A stretch of DNA of 64,000 bases from Octopus sinensis (taxonomy: Eukaryota): assembly GCF_006345805.1 (NCBI RefSeq), contig NC_043019.1:11035360-11099359 (forward strand), in the 5' to 3' direction. Below, piece after piece: positions 39,175 to 51,094 of the stretch. The notes under the pieces are model-generated. The model was not told the origin of the DNA and made no database searches. It saw only the letters and a list, made by a program, of their open reading frames with translations. Position 1 is the stretch's first letter. The number at the start of each line of letters is the position of its first letter. Both the position numbers and the translations under genes were made by a program.

Positions 39175-39290
39175 ATTTTAAAAATGCATGTATGTATATA
39201 TATATATATACACACACGCATTTAAAATGAAAACCTTACACACGTGTGTATATATATATACACACAGACACATGCATTTGAAATAAAAAA
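38935..39290. repeat. Compound minisatellite, about 3 units of ~115 bp built from unique linkers and (TA)n/(CA)n
   Basis: gcatttagaataaaaaccttacacacgtg and taattttaaaaatgcatgtatg each recur three times. Confidence 0.85.
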
Positions 39291-39864
39291 AAGCACACGT
39301 GTATATATATATATATATATTAGGCGGACGTATATATAGATAGATAGATATCCACAGACATATATAACATCCATGCATTTGCATACACACACGCATATGT
39401 GCATTATATATATATAACACACACACACACATATATATATAAATACATATGTATACACACACATACATGCAGTCACATAATATACACACTAATTTATTTA
39501 CCAACCAAGATCATTACCAATTGTCTCACATTATCATTTATATTATAAACAAATATAAGCATCTGTACACACACTGCATATTTATACAGTAATAAAAATT
39601 ATTGATACCTATGCTACGCGGGTGATTCATCACCTCGTTACACCTCACAGAAATCTATTTCACTACTGGTTCGATTGTTCTCGCAATCATGTTCACCAAG
39701 TAGTATTGTGAGTGTGTGTCAATACATATGATATATACAGACACACACAATCTATGGATACATAGCAAATATATGCAAACTTCATTATACACACACACAC
39801 ATATATACATATATAGAGATATGTGTGTATACATTTATATATATGTATACATATACAGATGTGT

Positions 39865-39903
<39 letters not shown>

Positions 39904-41399
39904 CACACACACACACACACATATATATATATGTAGGTATGCATGTATATATATATATATATATATAGGTTTCTGTAGGAAGTTGCACAAGGCCCGAATC
40001 AAACTTTTAATTAATAATATAATTACACATCTATATAGATAGATAGATAGATAAATAGATATATAGATATACATGTGTATGTATATGTATATACTCTTAT
40101 ATAACCATACATTTACATGTATATACACACATATATGTATATATATATATGCATATATCTATATATAATACATGTGTTTATTTATATTTTTTAATCTTGT
40201 TTCAGTCATTAGACTGTGGTCATGCTGGGGCACTGCCTTGAAGAAAGTCATTTCTTCTTTTAAACCATGGTACCTATTCTATCAGTCTCTTTTGCCAAAC
40301 CCCAAAGATGCAAACACAATATCAGCCATCAAACAGTGGTGAGGAACAGACATATAGATGCATACACACACACACACACACACATTATATATATATATAT
40401 ATATATATATCAATGTGTGTGTAAGTATCATCATCATTTAATAAATGTTGTTCATCTCATATATATATATATATATATACCACCAAGAAAGTTAGGGGCT
40501 GGTTGTTCGTTTTGATAAATAAATAAGTCAACATTTTATTATCTTAAAGTTGACGAACCAACTAATGTGCATCTCCATTTTCTTATTTGTTATATATATA
40601 TATAGGCACAGGAGTGGCTGTGTGGTAAGTAGCTTGCTTACCAACCACATTGTTCCGGGTTCAGTCCCACTGCGTGGCATCTTGGGCAAGTGTCTTCTGC
40701 TATAGCTCCGGGCCGACCAATGCCTTGTGAGTGGATTTGGTAGACGGAAACTGAAAGAAGCCTGTCGTATATATGTATATATATATATATGTATGTGTGT
40801 GTCTGTGTTTGTCCCCCTGGCATTGCTTGACAACCAATGCTGGTGTGTTTATGTCCCCATCACTTAGCGGTTCGGCAAAAAGAGACCGATAGAATAAGTA
40901 CTGGGCTTACAAAGAATAAGTCCCGGGGTCGATCTGCTCGACTAAAGGCGGTGCTCCAGCATGTCCACAGTCAAATGACTGAAACAAGTAAAAAAAGTAA
41001 AGAAAGAAATATATTATATATATATATATGTATACAACGGGCTTCTTGCATTTTTGATCTACCAAATCTACTCACAAGGCTTTGGTCAGCCCAAGTGTAC
41101 AGTACAAGACACTGGCCATGCAGAGAGACTGAACCCAGAACCATGTGGTAGGGAAGCAAGCTTCTTACCACACACCCATACATTGCCTGTATATATATAT
41201 ATATATTCTATATGTATTTATTGTCCCCAAGCCATTTGCTCCCTACATTGTCTCCAAGCAGTACACCAGCCCCACATACATCCCTATACTGGCTCTCAAG
41301 CTTTACACCCCTCACCACACCCAAAGATCAAATTCACATCACAAAGCAACATTGCAAAATGGCTTTTTTTTTTTCTACTGTAGCTGGTCATCCCTTATT

Positions 41400-41650
41400 C
41401 AAAATTATTCCAAAAGAAATTGAGATGAACAAACCCATAACATATGACCTCAAATGATAATATCTTATCCATTGAAAGATCTTACATGGGAAACCATAAA
41501 GCCATGCCTGCTATGTACTAAGGAAAAGTCAGATAAACATATTCCCCGACACAAAAAACTCCACAATAGAACAAGTGAAGTAACTTCTTGCATTCATAAA
41601 GACATTCAAACACTTCAGTCTCTCTACTTTCATGTTAGAAACTCTTTCAT
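41400..41650 (+). mobile_element. Possible Penelope-like element, C-terminal fragment after the GIY-YIG domain
   Basis: Decayed peptides KPITYDLK* and PCLLCTKEK...LHNRTSEVTSCIHK resemble the Penelope IKW...CxLCxxEK...LNKRSELxSKCRH tail. Confidence 0.4.
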
Positions 41651-42454
41651 AACTGTAATTTTAATCCTTGACCTATTCTTAACCTTATTTATTTCTCTCT
41701 TCACCCATTTAATAATTTATTTATTTTTATCAATTATTCACTTATTTACTATGTACATTTAGTACTTATTCACTGCGACCTATTTTTTACAAATTGTTTA
41801 TGGGTCATGATGTGGGAACATTAGTTGATATATTTCGCATGCATCATGGGTACATTTTGAGTGCATGTGTCTGTGTGTGTGCACGCGTGCTCATGCATGT
41901 GTGTGTATCACTCTCATCATCATTATCATTATCATCATCATCATTGTTTAACATCTGTTTCCCATTCTGACATGAGATGGATGATTGAACAAGAGCTAGT
42001 GAGAGCTAAAGGTCTGTGCCAAGCTCCAATCTCTACTTCAGTATGATTTCTACGGCTGGTCATCCTTTCTGATGCCAAACACTGTACAGCATGCAAGGGA
42101 TACCTTTTACCTAGCACCAGCACCAGTGAGGTTACCAAGTAACTCGCAAGACAAGACACCTCGACTGAAGGGTATAGTATTGAAGTACATGGTTTTGTAC
42201 CAGATGATGATGAGTCAAATTGTGTTTGAGAGACAGGAACAGGTGCTTTGCTGTAGAGGAGAAGATGATGGTGAAGGGCAAAGCCTCAAGTTACAGGAAG
42301 ATGAATATGAGAGAAGTGGTCCAAAGGATTGGATGGTGAAGTTGGTAAGTTCACAAATGAGTGGAAGGAGAGTGACAAATGGATAAAGGTGAATGCAGGG
42401 AATGATGAACATGAGTAGAGGTATGATGAATCATAAACATCAGTCAGAGGGGAA

Positions 42455-42774
42455 ATAGAGGGCTATTTTTTGAGATGGAGTGTAGTGTTGAGGATCCAAG
42501 TATAGCTTCTATGTTTTTCTTCATGTTTTTTTATCATGCCCAGTGCTCCAATTATTTCTGGTATTGTTTTCACCTTCATGTCCCATATCTTAAATACTTC
42601 AATATCAAGGTCTTTGTACTTTGATAATTTCTCCACTTCTTTTTGGACAATTTTTTTGGAGTTAGAGGAGACTGCAATAGCTATCAGTAAGCAGATGGAT
42701 TTTTTTTTCTAATCCTTAATTATTATGTCTTAATTATTATTTTATCATAATTATGTCTGGGCAGTTATTATTAC

Positions 42775-42822
<48 letters not shown>

Positions 42823-43555
42823 CATTATTATTACTATTATTATTATTATTATTATATAACTGTTCAACATTTGGTAGATTGAGGCAAATTTCTTCTGCAT
42901 CTGCTACACCTCCATGTTGGTGAGGTGTGTGCAGCATTGTGTGTTCTTTTCTGCTGTTGAGAGTGTGCAAACACTTCCCTGTACTATACTGTGTTTTTTT
43001 TTTACCTCTTGAGTGTGGTGCAGTTTCTTTTATTGTGTTACCGCTTGTATTGTGTGTTGAGTGTGTAATGCATTGGTTACACAGTTTGCTGGTGGAAGTT
43101 TATTTCATTGGGTAATTGCTTTACAGATTGTGTCTTGTATTTGTGGGTTGTTTTGTAGTTAGGTTGTATTATTGGATTGATAGCGTCTTATGTAGGATGT
43201 AGGCTGTTCCTAACAGAGCTATTTTTGGACAGTGTGTAGTGTTGAAGATCCAGGTACATCTTCAATGTTTTTGGTCATATGTTTTTTATCATACCCAATG
43301 CTCCAATTATTATTGGCATTATTTTTATCTTCACACCCCACATTTTGAATACTTCAACAATTTCTCCATTTTTCAATGTTTCCTTCAATTTTATGATGTA
43401 TTTGTTCTCCGCTGATTTACTTTTTATATCTTGAACACTTACTGCCCAACTCCTGAATGACATTACACATAATGTTTTTAATCTCCTTTCCTGATTGTAA
43501 ATGCGGCTATCACTGTATCTTCCTGCAGTTCTACATTCTTTGGAATTCTCGTCAC
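42455..43555 (-). mobile_element. Two tandem Dong/R4-like RLE LINE 3' fragments separated by a (TAA)n tract
   Basis: Minus-strand peptides CLLIAIAV..EVEKLSKYKDLDIEVFKIWDMKVKTIPEIIGALGMIKK and MWGVKIKIMPIIIGALGMIK...KIALLGTAYILHKTLS. Confidence 0.75.
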
Positions 43556-43566
43556 CGTTTTTAAGC

Positions 43567-43851
43567 CTAGCCAGGCTTATGGGCCCGGTTTCCCGGTTTT
43601 TGTGGCGTATGTGTTCCCCCTAGCTGGACGGGACACCAGTCCATTGCAGCATTACTCAAGAAACAGGAAGAGGGAGTGAGAGAAAGTTTAGCAAAAGAGT
43701 ACAACAGGTGTCGCCACCACCCTCTGCCGGAGCCTCGTGGAGCTTTAGATGTTTTCGCTCAATAAACACACACAATGCCCGGTCTGGGAATCGAAACTGC
43801 GGTCCTCCGACCGCGAGTCCACTGCACTATCCACTGGGCCATTGTGCCTCC
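43567..43851 (-). mobile_element. tRNA-derived SINE, family C
   Basis: Minus-strand head with A box (TGGCCCAGTGG) and B box (GTTTCGATTCC), followed by a non-tRNA body. Confidence 0.75.
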
Positions 43852-43924
43852 ACCATTCTTTGGAATTAGCCTAGATAAATAATCCGCATTGCTAATTTTC
43901 TTAGAAGGAATGTGCTCCATCTTA

Positions 43925-45078
43925 AAGTTGTAATCTATTTGCAGTATGGGTAGGAATTCCTTTCTTCAACCCCAAAATTGAGAATAATGGTTGGTGATCA
44001 GTTTGTAGCCTAAAACTTCTGTGCAAAAGCCTCTGGAATTTTTCACAGCAAAAATAATCATAAGAGCTTCTTATCCTGTTTGGCTATAGCTTTTCTCTGC
44101 AGCTATCAGAGAATGTAAGGCATGAACCACCGCCTTCATATTACTGTCTTTATATTTGTGTAGCATTACTGCTCCTATGCCGTATCCAGAAGTATCAGAT
44201 GCTACAACAATCTCCGCTACAGGATCAAAACGAGCCAACGAAACATCCAACATTAATATTTTTTTTTAATATCACCAAACACCTTTTGACAATTATTTCA
44301 CTGATTCCACTTCACATCCTTTTTTAGCAAATTATTCAAAGGAACTCTCAAATTATACATATTTGGTATGTAATTTTGATAATAATTCGCCAGACCTAGA
44401 AAAGCTTGTAAGGTCATTATATTAGTTGGAAGAGGCATATTTTTAATTGCATCTGCCCTTGACAGGTCAGGTCTTTCATTTCTATCAGTAATTTGTCCTA
44501 AATACTTAGTTTTAGGTAAAAAAAAATTAAAAAATTCACATAGGCGCAGGAGTGACTGTGTGGTAAGTAGCTTGCTAACCAACCACATGGTTCTGGGTTC
44601 AGTCCCACTGCGTGGAATCTTGGGCAAGTGTCTTCTGCTATAGCCCCGGGCCGACAATTGCCTTGTGAGTGGATTTGGTAGACGGAAACTGAAAGAAGCC
44701 TGTCGTATATATGTATATATATATGTGTTCGTGTGTCTGTGTTTGTCCCCCTAGCATTGCTTGACAACCGATGCTGGTGTGTTTACGTCCCCGTCACTTA
44801 GCGGTTCGGCAAAAGAGACCGATAGAATAAGTACTGGGCTTACAAAGAATAAGTCCCGGGGTCGATTTGCTCGAATAAAGGCGGTGCTCCAGCATGGCCG
44901 CAGTCAAATGACTGAAACAAGTAAAAAGAGAAAAAAAGAGTAAAAAGAATATTTCTCCTCAGTCAGTGTGAAACCATAATCTCTTATTTTTTTCAAAAAC
45001 ACACTCTACAAGCTCGACATGCTGATCACAAAATTCATTTTTAATTAACACGTCATCCAGGTAAGAAATTGTGAATTT
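43925..45078 (-). mobile_element. Ty3/Gypsy pol fragment (RT C-terminus to RNase H), decayed and split by a SINE
   Basis: Minus-strand peptides SYLDDVLIK...GFTLTEEK | CEFF..KYLGQI, LQAFLGLANYY, VVASDTSGYGIGAVMLH, AEKSYSQ and FRLQTDHQPLFSILGLKKGIPTHTANRLQ. Confidence 0.9.
44543..44950 (+). mobile_element. tRNA-derived SINE, family A (full length)
   Basis: tRNA-like head, a central CCTTGGGCAAGT motif reminiscent of CORE-type SINEs, an internal microsatellite and a (AAAAGAGT)n-like tail. Other copies at 40605-41008, 49119-49525, 51468-51870, 51877-52255, 57420-57830 and 59085-59480 (minus), plus many fragments. Confidence 0.9.
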
Positions 45079-45340
45079 AATAAATAAGGGTGGAGTGGGA
45101 AGTGTTGACTCCTTACCATTTTATTGAATGGTGGATGGAAGTGGCAAGTATGGTGCAAGTGAACAGGCCTGCCCTGAGCAGAGGCTTATGAATCAGAGAT
45201 AAGAAACTGAGAAAGGGAACCTGCTCCAGAAGTCAGGGAACCCATGGTTTTATGGGGGGGGGGTTTCTATGAGCAGCCCTCGAACATATCCTCCCTCTTG
45301 AGGATTTAAACTTTTTTAGATGCAAACCCTCACAACAACA

Positions 45341-45725
45341 TACACACACATACATACACACATACATACACATACATACATATATACATACATACATGCA
45401 TGCATACATGCATACATACATACATACATACATACAGACACACACATACATACATACAGACACACACATACATACATACATACATACATACATACAAACA
45501 TACATACATACATACATACATACATACATACATACCTACATACACACACATACATACATACATACATACACACACACATACATACATACATACATACATA
45601 CATACATACAGACACACACATACATACATACATACATACCTACATACATACATACATACATACCTACATACATACATACCTACATACATACAAACATACA
45701 TACATACATACTTACATACAAACAC
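45341..45725. repeat. (TACA)n microsatellite
   Basis: Direct reading. Confidence 0.98.
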
Positions 45726-45829
45726 ACATTCAGTGTTTTGTTCTGTGCCATCCATAATGTCTTTTTTTTTATGTAAACCCTTTGAGGTCAATAACGAAAT
45801 CATCATCACCATCATCATCATCATCATCG

Positions 45830-45867
<38 letters not shown>

Positions 45868-46509
45868 TCATTTTGCTCTATCCAACAAACTTGTCTTTGT
45901 CGCTGTTATATGAAACCAGTCGTTTGTGATCCTCCTCATTCAAGCATATTTCTTAAATGTCTTTGTTCATAAAAGCAACACAGGTCTAACATGAGGTGGG
46001 TTCTTTTTTTTTCTTCCTTTTCTATCATTGTATGGCTGCTCACAGCTGCTGCGCAGGAGACTCGTATAAGGAGTGTTTGGGTAGTTAATATCAATGTAGG
46101 AATGTTTTTATGTTAAACGATACTAACTGGGACATTTAATATATAAACTAAAGCAGGATTTCATACCTAAAGCTGGGAATGTTGTTGCTGTTTAGTACCC
46201 AGGTTAGGCCTGTCAAAACACTCATCACCTGTCTCTCTTTCCCTCTATGATAAAGGACATGCCAATAACTGCAATCGCCCCTTCACCTTGTACTTTTACA
46301 AATCCAGGTCAGCATTGTTCCCTGTGTCACCACTTCTTTTATCAAGGCATTTGCTGTAAAATGGGGTTAAGAATTCTTCTGTGCATCTACATGACTTGGG
46401 GTTCAGTTTCATGATGTAGCACCTTGGGTAAGTGTCTTGTATTATAGCTCCAGGCTGGCCAATGCCTTGTGAGTGAATTTGGTCAACATAGACAAGGACA
46501 GCTGTGTGA

Positions 46510-47101
46510 ATGCGTATAGATGGGGACAGTTGTGTAAAGAAGTGCTGATCTCTAACTGTGGAGAGAACCTGTGGAAGAGGTAGACCCAGGGAGACATGGG
46601 ATGAGGTGGTGAAGCATGATCTTCGAACATTAGGCCTCATGGAGGCAATGACAAGTAACCGAGACCTTTGGCGATGATATGCTATGCCTGACATGACCTG
46701 TCAAGCCAAGTGAAACCGTAGTTGTGGCCAATGCCAGTATCATGTAAGAAACCCCTATGCCGGTGACACGTAAAGAGCACCCTTTGAATGTTGGGCCTCG
46801 TGGAGATGATAAGTGATTGAGACCTTTGGCGATATGCTGTGCTTCAGAAGACTCGTCAACCCAAGGGAAGTCATAGTCATGGCCAATGCTGCCATCACAT
46901 AAGTGGCACCCATACCAGTGACACAGAAAAAGTACCCATTACACTCTTGGAGTGGTCGGCATTAGGAAGGACATCCAGCTGTAGGAACTATGCCAAATCC
47001 GATTGGAGCCTGGTACAGATCTCCAGCTTACAAGTTTCAGTCAAACCATCTAATTCATGCCAGTATGAAAAGCAGATGTTAAATGATGACGATGATAATG
47101 A
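46510..47101 (+). mobile_element. RTE-clade LINE 3' fragment
   Basis: Homologous to 60459-61489 (ggaagaggtagacccagggagacatgggatgaggtggtgaagcatgatcttcgaac) and ends in a (GAT)n tail. Confidence 0.85.
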
Positions 47102-47229
47102 TAAAATATATATATGTATATATATATATTGAAGTGCCAATCACTTAAAGTGGATGGAACTTGTGGAAGAGGCAGACCCAGGAAGACCTGAGACATTATA
47201 ATATGGGATCTATTCTCTATTTTGCATCA

Positions 47230-48075
47230 AGCCTCAGACAAGGAGATATAACTGAATCTGACCAGTGGACTAGTCTTCCCAGAGAAGGTGGCAATAACAT
47301 CGCTTTGATCAGACATGCTCCTGCTATCTGGGAGTGCAAAAACAATAATTATGGTTGAATTCACAATGCCCTAAGAAGATCAGACTTAACATTTATCATG
47401 ATCATCATGATCATAATCATTTAATGTCTGTTTTTTTTCATGTTGGCATTAGTTTGACGGTTTGACAGGAGCTAGCCAGATGGAGAGTTGCCCAGGTTCT
47501 ATGTCTGTTTTGACATGGAGACATGGAGCCTGAACCAAATATCAGGACTTTGTTGATGAGGCACTTGTTAAAGGATGGCATATGGCTCATTCCCTAAAAT
47601 GGTTGCTACAGTTTTCCAGCCAGATCAGTATGATGTTTCCTACAGAAGATTACTCTGGAACCCAAACAACTAAAATAAGCCACCGTGGAGGTTGGAAAGC
47701 AATTAAAACCAGCTCAAGGTGGACATGGTTGGCTACAGATGACAAATAAGACCCTTCCACAGGTGAAGACTAAAGCAACTAAAACCAGCTCAAGGTGGCC
47801 ATGGTTGGCTACAGATGACAAATAAGACCCTTCCACAGGTGAAGACTAAAGCAATTAAAACCAGCTCAAGGTGGCCATGGTTGGCTACAGATGACAAATA
47901 AGACCCTTCCACAGGTGAAGACTAAAGCAACTAAAACCAGCTCAAGGTGGACATGGTTGGCTACAGATGACAAATAAGACCCTTCCACAGGTGAAGACTA
48001 AAGCAACTAAAACCAGCTCAAGGTGGCCATCGTTGGCTACAGATGACAAATAAGACCCTTCCACCGGTGAAAACT
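47230..48075 (+). mobile_element. HERO-like restriction-like-endonuclease (RLE) non-LTR retrotransposon 3' remnant
   Basis: Decayed peptides LVFPEKVAITSL*SDMLLLSGSAKTIIMVEFTMP*ED, KYQDFVDEALVKGW, GCYSFPARSV* and KTSSRWTWL. These resemble the HERO RLE C-terminus (RPD..W..ELTVPWE..KY..GW..GCRGF..ASRWLWL). An RTE tail fragment interrupts it at about 47395-47520. Confidence 0.7.
47696..48075 (+). repeat. Tandem array of five 76-bp units
   Basis: Units start at 47696, 47772, 47848, 47924 and 48000 and are nearly identical (aaagcaactaaaaccagctcaaggtggccatggttggctacagatgacaaataagacccttccacaggtgaagact). Confidence 0.97.
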
Positions 48076-48458
48076 AATCCAGTCTTCACTGCCCCACTCA
48101 GGTGAGGCATAGGGGTGGGTTGCAAAATGCTTGTAATGCTTGAGATGTCTGTAAATGATACGGAATGGTTTCCAAAATATGATGGTATTAGTCAGCATCA
48201 GAAGAACTTGCAATATCATTAAGCAACTCCTGCAGACTCTGTGTGTGTGGGTGGGTGGATGGGGATGGGGGATGTGGTGGCAGTTAGAAACATCCCCGAT
48301 GTTTATTTCACCAAAATATTTCAGGTAGGGTTGGAGGAGGAGAGATTTTTTTTTTGTTGTCACATCTGTTTAAAATGCTGCAGTTCTCATTGTTTAAAAG
48401 AAAAAAAAACTGTTGTATTATTGGATTGGGAAAATAATTGTAGATAGAGACATGAACA

Positions 48459-48573
48459 ATGATGAGGATGACGATGACGATGACAACAATGATGACAATG
48501 ATGACGACGACGACGACGACGATGATGATGATGATGATTATTATGATGACGACGATGATAGTGATGATGGTAA

Positions 48574-48607
<34 letters not shown>

Positions 48608-48741
48608 GGTGGTGGTGATGACAACGATGATGATGAGGATAGTGATGATGGTAATGATGATGATGATGACGATGATGATGATGATGATGATGATGATAGT
48701 GATGATGATGATGGTGGTGGTGGTGGTGGTGGTGGTGGTGG

Positions 48742-48775
<34 letters not shown>

Positions 48776-49058
48776 GATGATGATGGTGATGATGATGATG
48801 ATGACGACGATCATGATGATAGTGATGATGATGATGATGATGACGATGATGATGATGATGATGATAGTGATGATGATGATGGTGGTGGTGGTGGTGGTGG
48901 TGGTGGTGGTGATGATGATGATGATGATGATGATGAAGATGATGATGGTGATGATGATGATGATGACGACGATCATGATGATAGTGATGATGATGATGAT
49001 GATGACGATGATGATGATGATGATAGTGATGATGGTAATGATGATGATGATGATGATG
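48459..49058. repeat. Compound (GAT)n/(GGT)n trinucleotide array with a ~162-bp higher-order duplication
   Basis: The variant block gacgacgatcatgatgatagtg recurs 162 bp apart (tcat at 48811 and 48973). Related arrays lie at 53401-53733 and 55528-55697. Confidence 0.95.
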
Positions 49059-49819
49059 AAACAAGTAAAAGAAAGTATTTAATTATAAAAGTAGAAAAGG
49101 ATTTCTTTTTTATGTGCAGGCATGGCTGTGTAATAAGAAGCTAGCTTTACCCAACCACATGGTTCTGGGTTCAGTCCCACTGTGTGGTACATTGGGCAAG
49201 TGTCTTCTGCGATAGCCTTAGGCCGACCAAAGCCTTGTGAGTGGATTTGGTAGATGGAAACTGAAAGAAGCCCATCATATATGTGTGTGTGTGTGTGTGT
49301 GTTTGTGTCCCCCCACCCCCACAACCATCACTTGACAACCAATGCTTGTGCGATTATGTCCCTGTAATTTCGCAGTTCGGCAAAAGAGATCGATAGAATA
49401 AGTACTAGGCTTACAAACAATAAATCCTGGGGTCAATTTCCTCGACTATAACCCTTTAAGGTGGTGCTCCAGCATGGCCGCAATCAAATGACTAAAACAA
49501 GTAAAACAATATAAGAATAAAAGAATAAAATAGTTAAGGGGGTCCAGCCATGTAAAATGGGAACCAAAAGGGTCAATAGGGAAAAAATGGTTGAGAACCA
49601 CTGATCTAGTCTCTATATACAGAATAAAATTGTCCAAGACTTCCTTCTGTGTTTAGGGTGTGAGAAGAGGGAAATTTGGTTATTATTTCTAGCAGGTCAA
49701 TTGGCCATATACAGAAGCTCACTCTCCTTGCTAATGAGGTTGGCACTGGTATGTTGGGGTGGGGGGTGAATAGTAGGCAGGGTTGTATTAGTGCTTCTTC
49801 TTGGAGTGTCTAATATAAA

Positions 49820-49855
<36 letters not shown>

Positions 49856-49856
49856 G

Positions 49857-49911
<55 letters not shown>

Positions 49912-50491
49912 AAGCAGCAGCAGCAGAGGGAGAGAGAGGAAGGAAAGACAGAAAGAAGGAGAGAAAAGAGAGAGAGAGAGGGTAGTAAACAAAGAGAGAG
50001 AAAAAAAAGAGATAGAAAGGGAAGAGAGAGAGAGGGTGGCAAACAAAGAGAGAGAGAGAGAGAAAAAGAGATAGGAAGGGAAGAGAGAGAGAGGGTGGCA
50101 AACAAAGAGAGAGAGAAAAAAGAGATAGGAAGCGAAGAGAGAGAGAGAGAGAGAGGGCGGCAAAAAAAAAGCGGGAGAAAGATATGAAGGAGAGAGAGAG
50201 AGTAAATAGAGAAAGTAGATGGAGTGAAGGTGAAAAGCTGGAGAAGAAAAGAGAAGGATAGAGGAAGGAGCAAAGAGAGAAGGACGAGGTATTAAGGTGA
50301 AAGGAGGGAGTGAGATAAGCAGGAAGGAAGGGGAGTCCCTTAAACTCGCTGTAATGATATTATTCTGTGTTAAAGTTACTTTGACATAGAATAATAATAT
50401 AGCTTCAACAACAAGGGACAGCCGATAGGTTCGTTGTTCAACCTGCTAGAAATAGCAACGCCTGTGTATAAGATGCATTCTTGCATAAGAC

Positions 50492-51094
50492 AAACCACCA
50501 CTTTTTTGTGGACAGGCATGGCTGGATGGTAAGAAGCTTGCTTACGAACCACATGGTTCTGGGTTCAGTCCCACTGCATGACATCTTGGGCAAGTTTCTT
50601 CTACTATAGCCTCAGGCCAACCAAAGCCTTGTGAGTGGATTTGGTAAATGGAAACTGAAAGAAGCCCAACGTATATGTATGTGTGTGTGTGTTTGTGTCC
50701 CCCAGCCCCTTACTGCTTGACAACTGGTGATTGTATGTTTGTTTACCTCTCGGTGACTTAGCAGTTCAGCAAAAAGTAGCTGGCAAAAACCACCACTTTT
50801 TTGTGGACAGGCATGGTTGGATGGTAAGAAGCTTGTTTCCAAACCACATGGTTCTGGGTTCAGTCCCACTGCATGACATCTTGGGCAAGTGTCTTCTACT
50901 ATAGCCTCAGGCCAACCAAAGCCTTGTGAGTGGATTTGGTAAATGGAAACTGAAAGAAGCCCAATGTATATGTATGTGTGTGTGTGTGTGTGTGTGTTTG
51001 TGTTCCCAGCCCCTTACTGCTTGACAACTGGTGATTGTATGTTTGTTTACCTCTCAGTGACTTAGCGGTTCAGCAAAAAGTAGCTGGCAAAAAC
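50492..51094 (+). repeat. Direct tandem duplication (~295-304 bp unit) of a truncated family A SINE plus flank
   Basis: aaccaccacttttttgtggacaggcatgg...gttcagcaaaaagtagctggcaaaaac occurs twice head to tail. Confidence 0.9.

Noticed and set aside
40528-41183. Recurrent ORFs such as ...SGTEPGTMWLVSKLLTTQ and IYDRLLSVSVYQIHSQG; tRNA-like heads
   Set aside because: These are translations of SINE family A. The heads have A/B boxes but are followed by SINE bodies, so they are not tRNA genes.
47696-48075. CRISPR-like regular array
   Set aside because: The units are contiguous and near-identical with no unique spacers, there are no cas genes, and the context is eukaryotic.
48308-49144. Long poly-Asp, poly-His, poly-Met/Val and poly-Ile ORFs (also 53174-53918 and 55495-55732)
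   Set aside because: They are open in several frames on both strands because the DNA is a trinucleotide repeat. There are no splice or codon signals.
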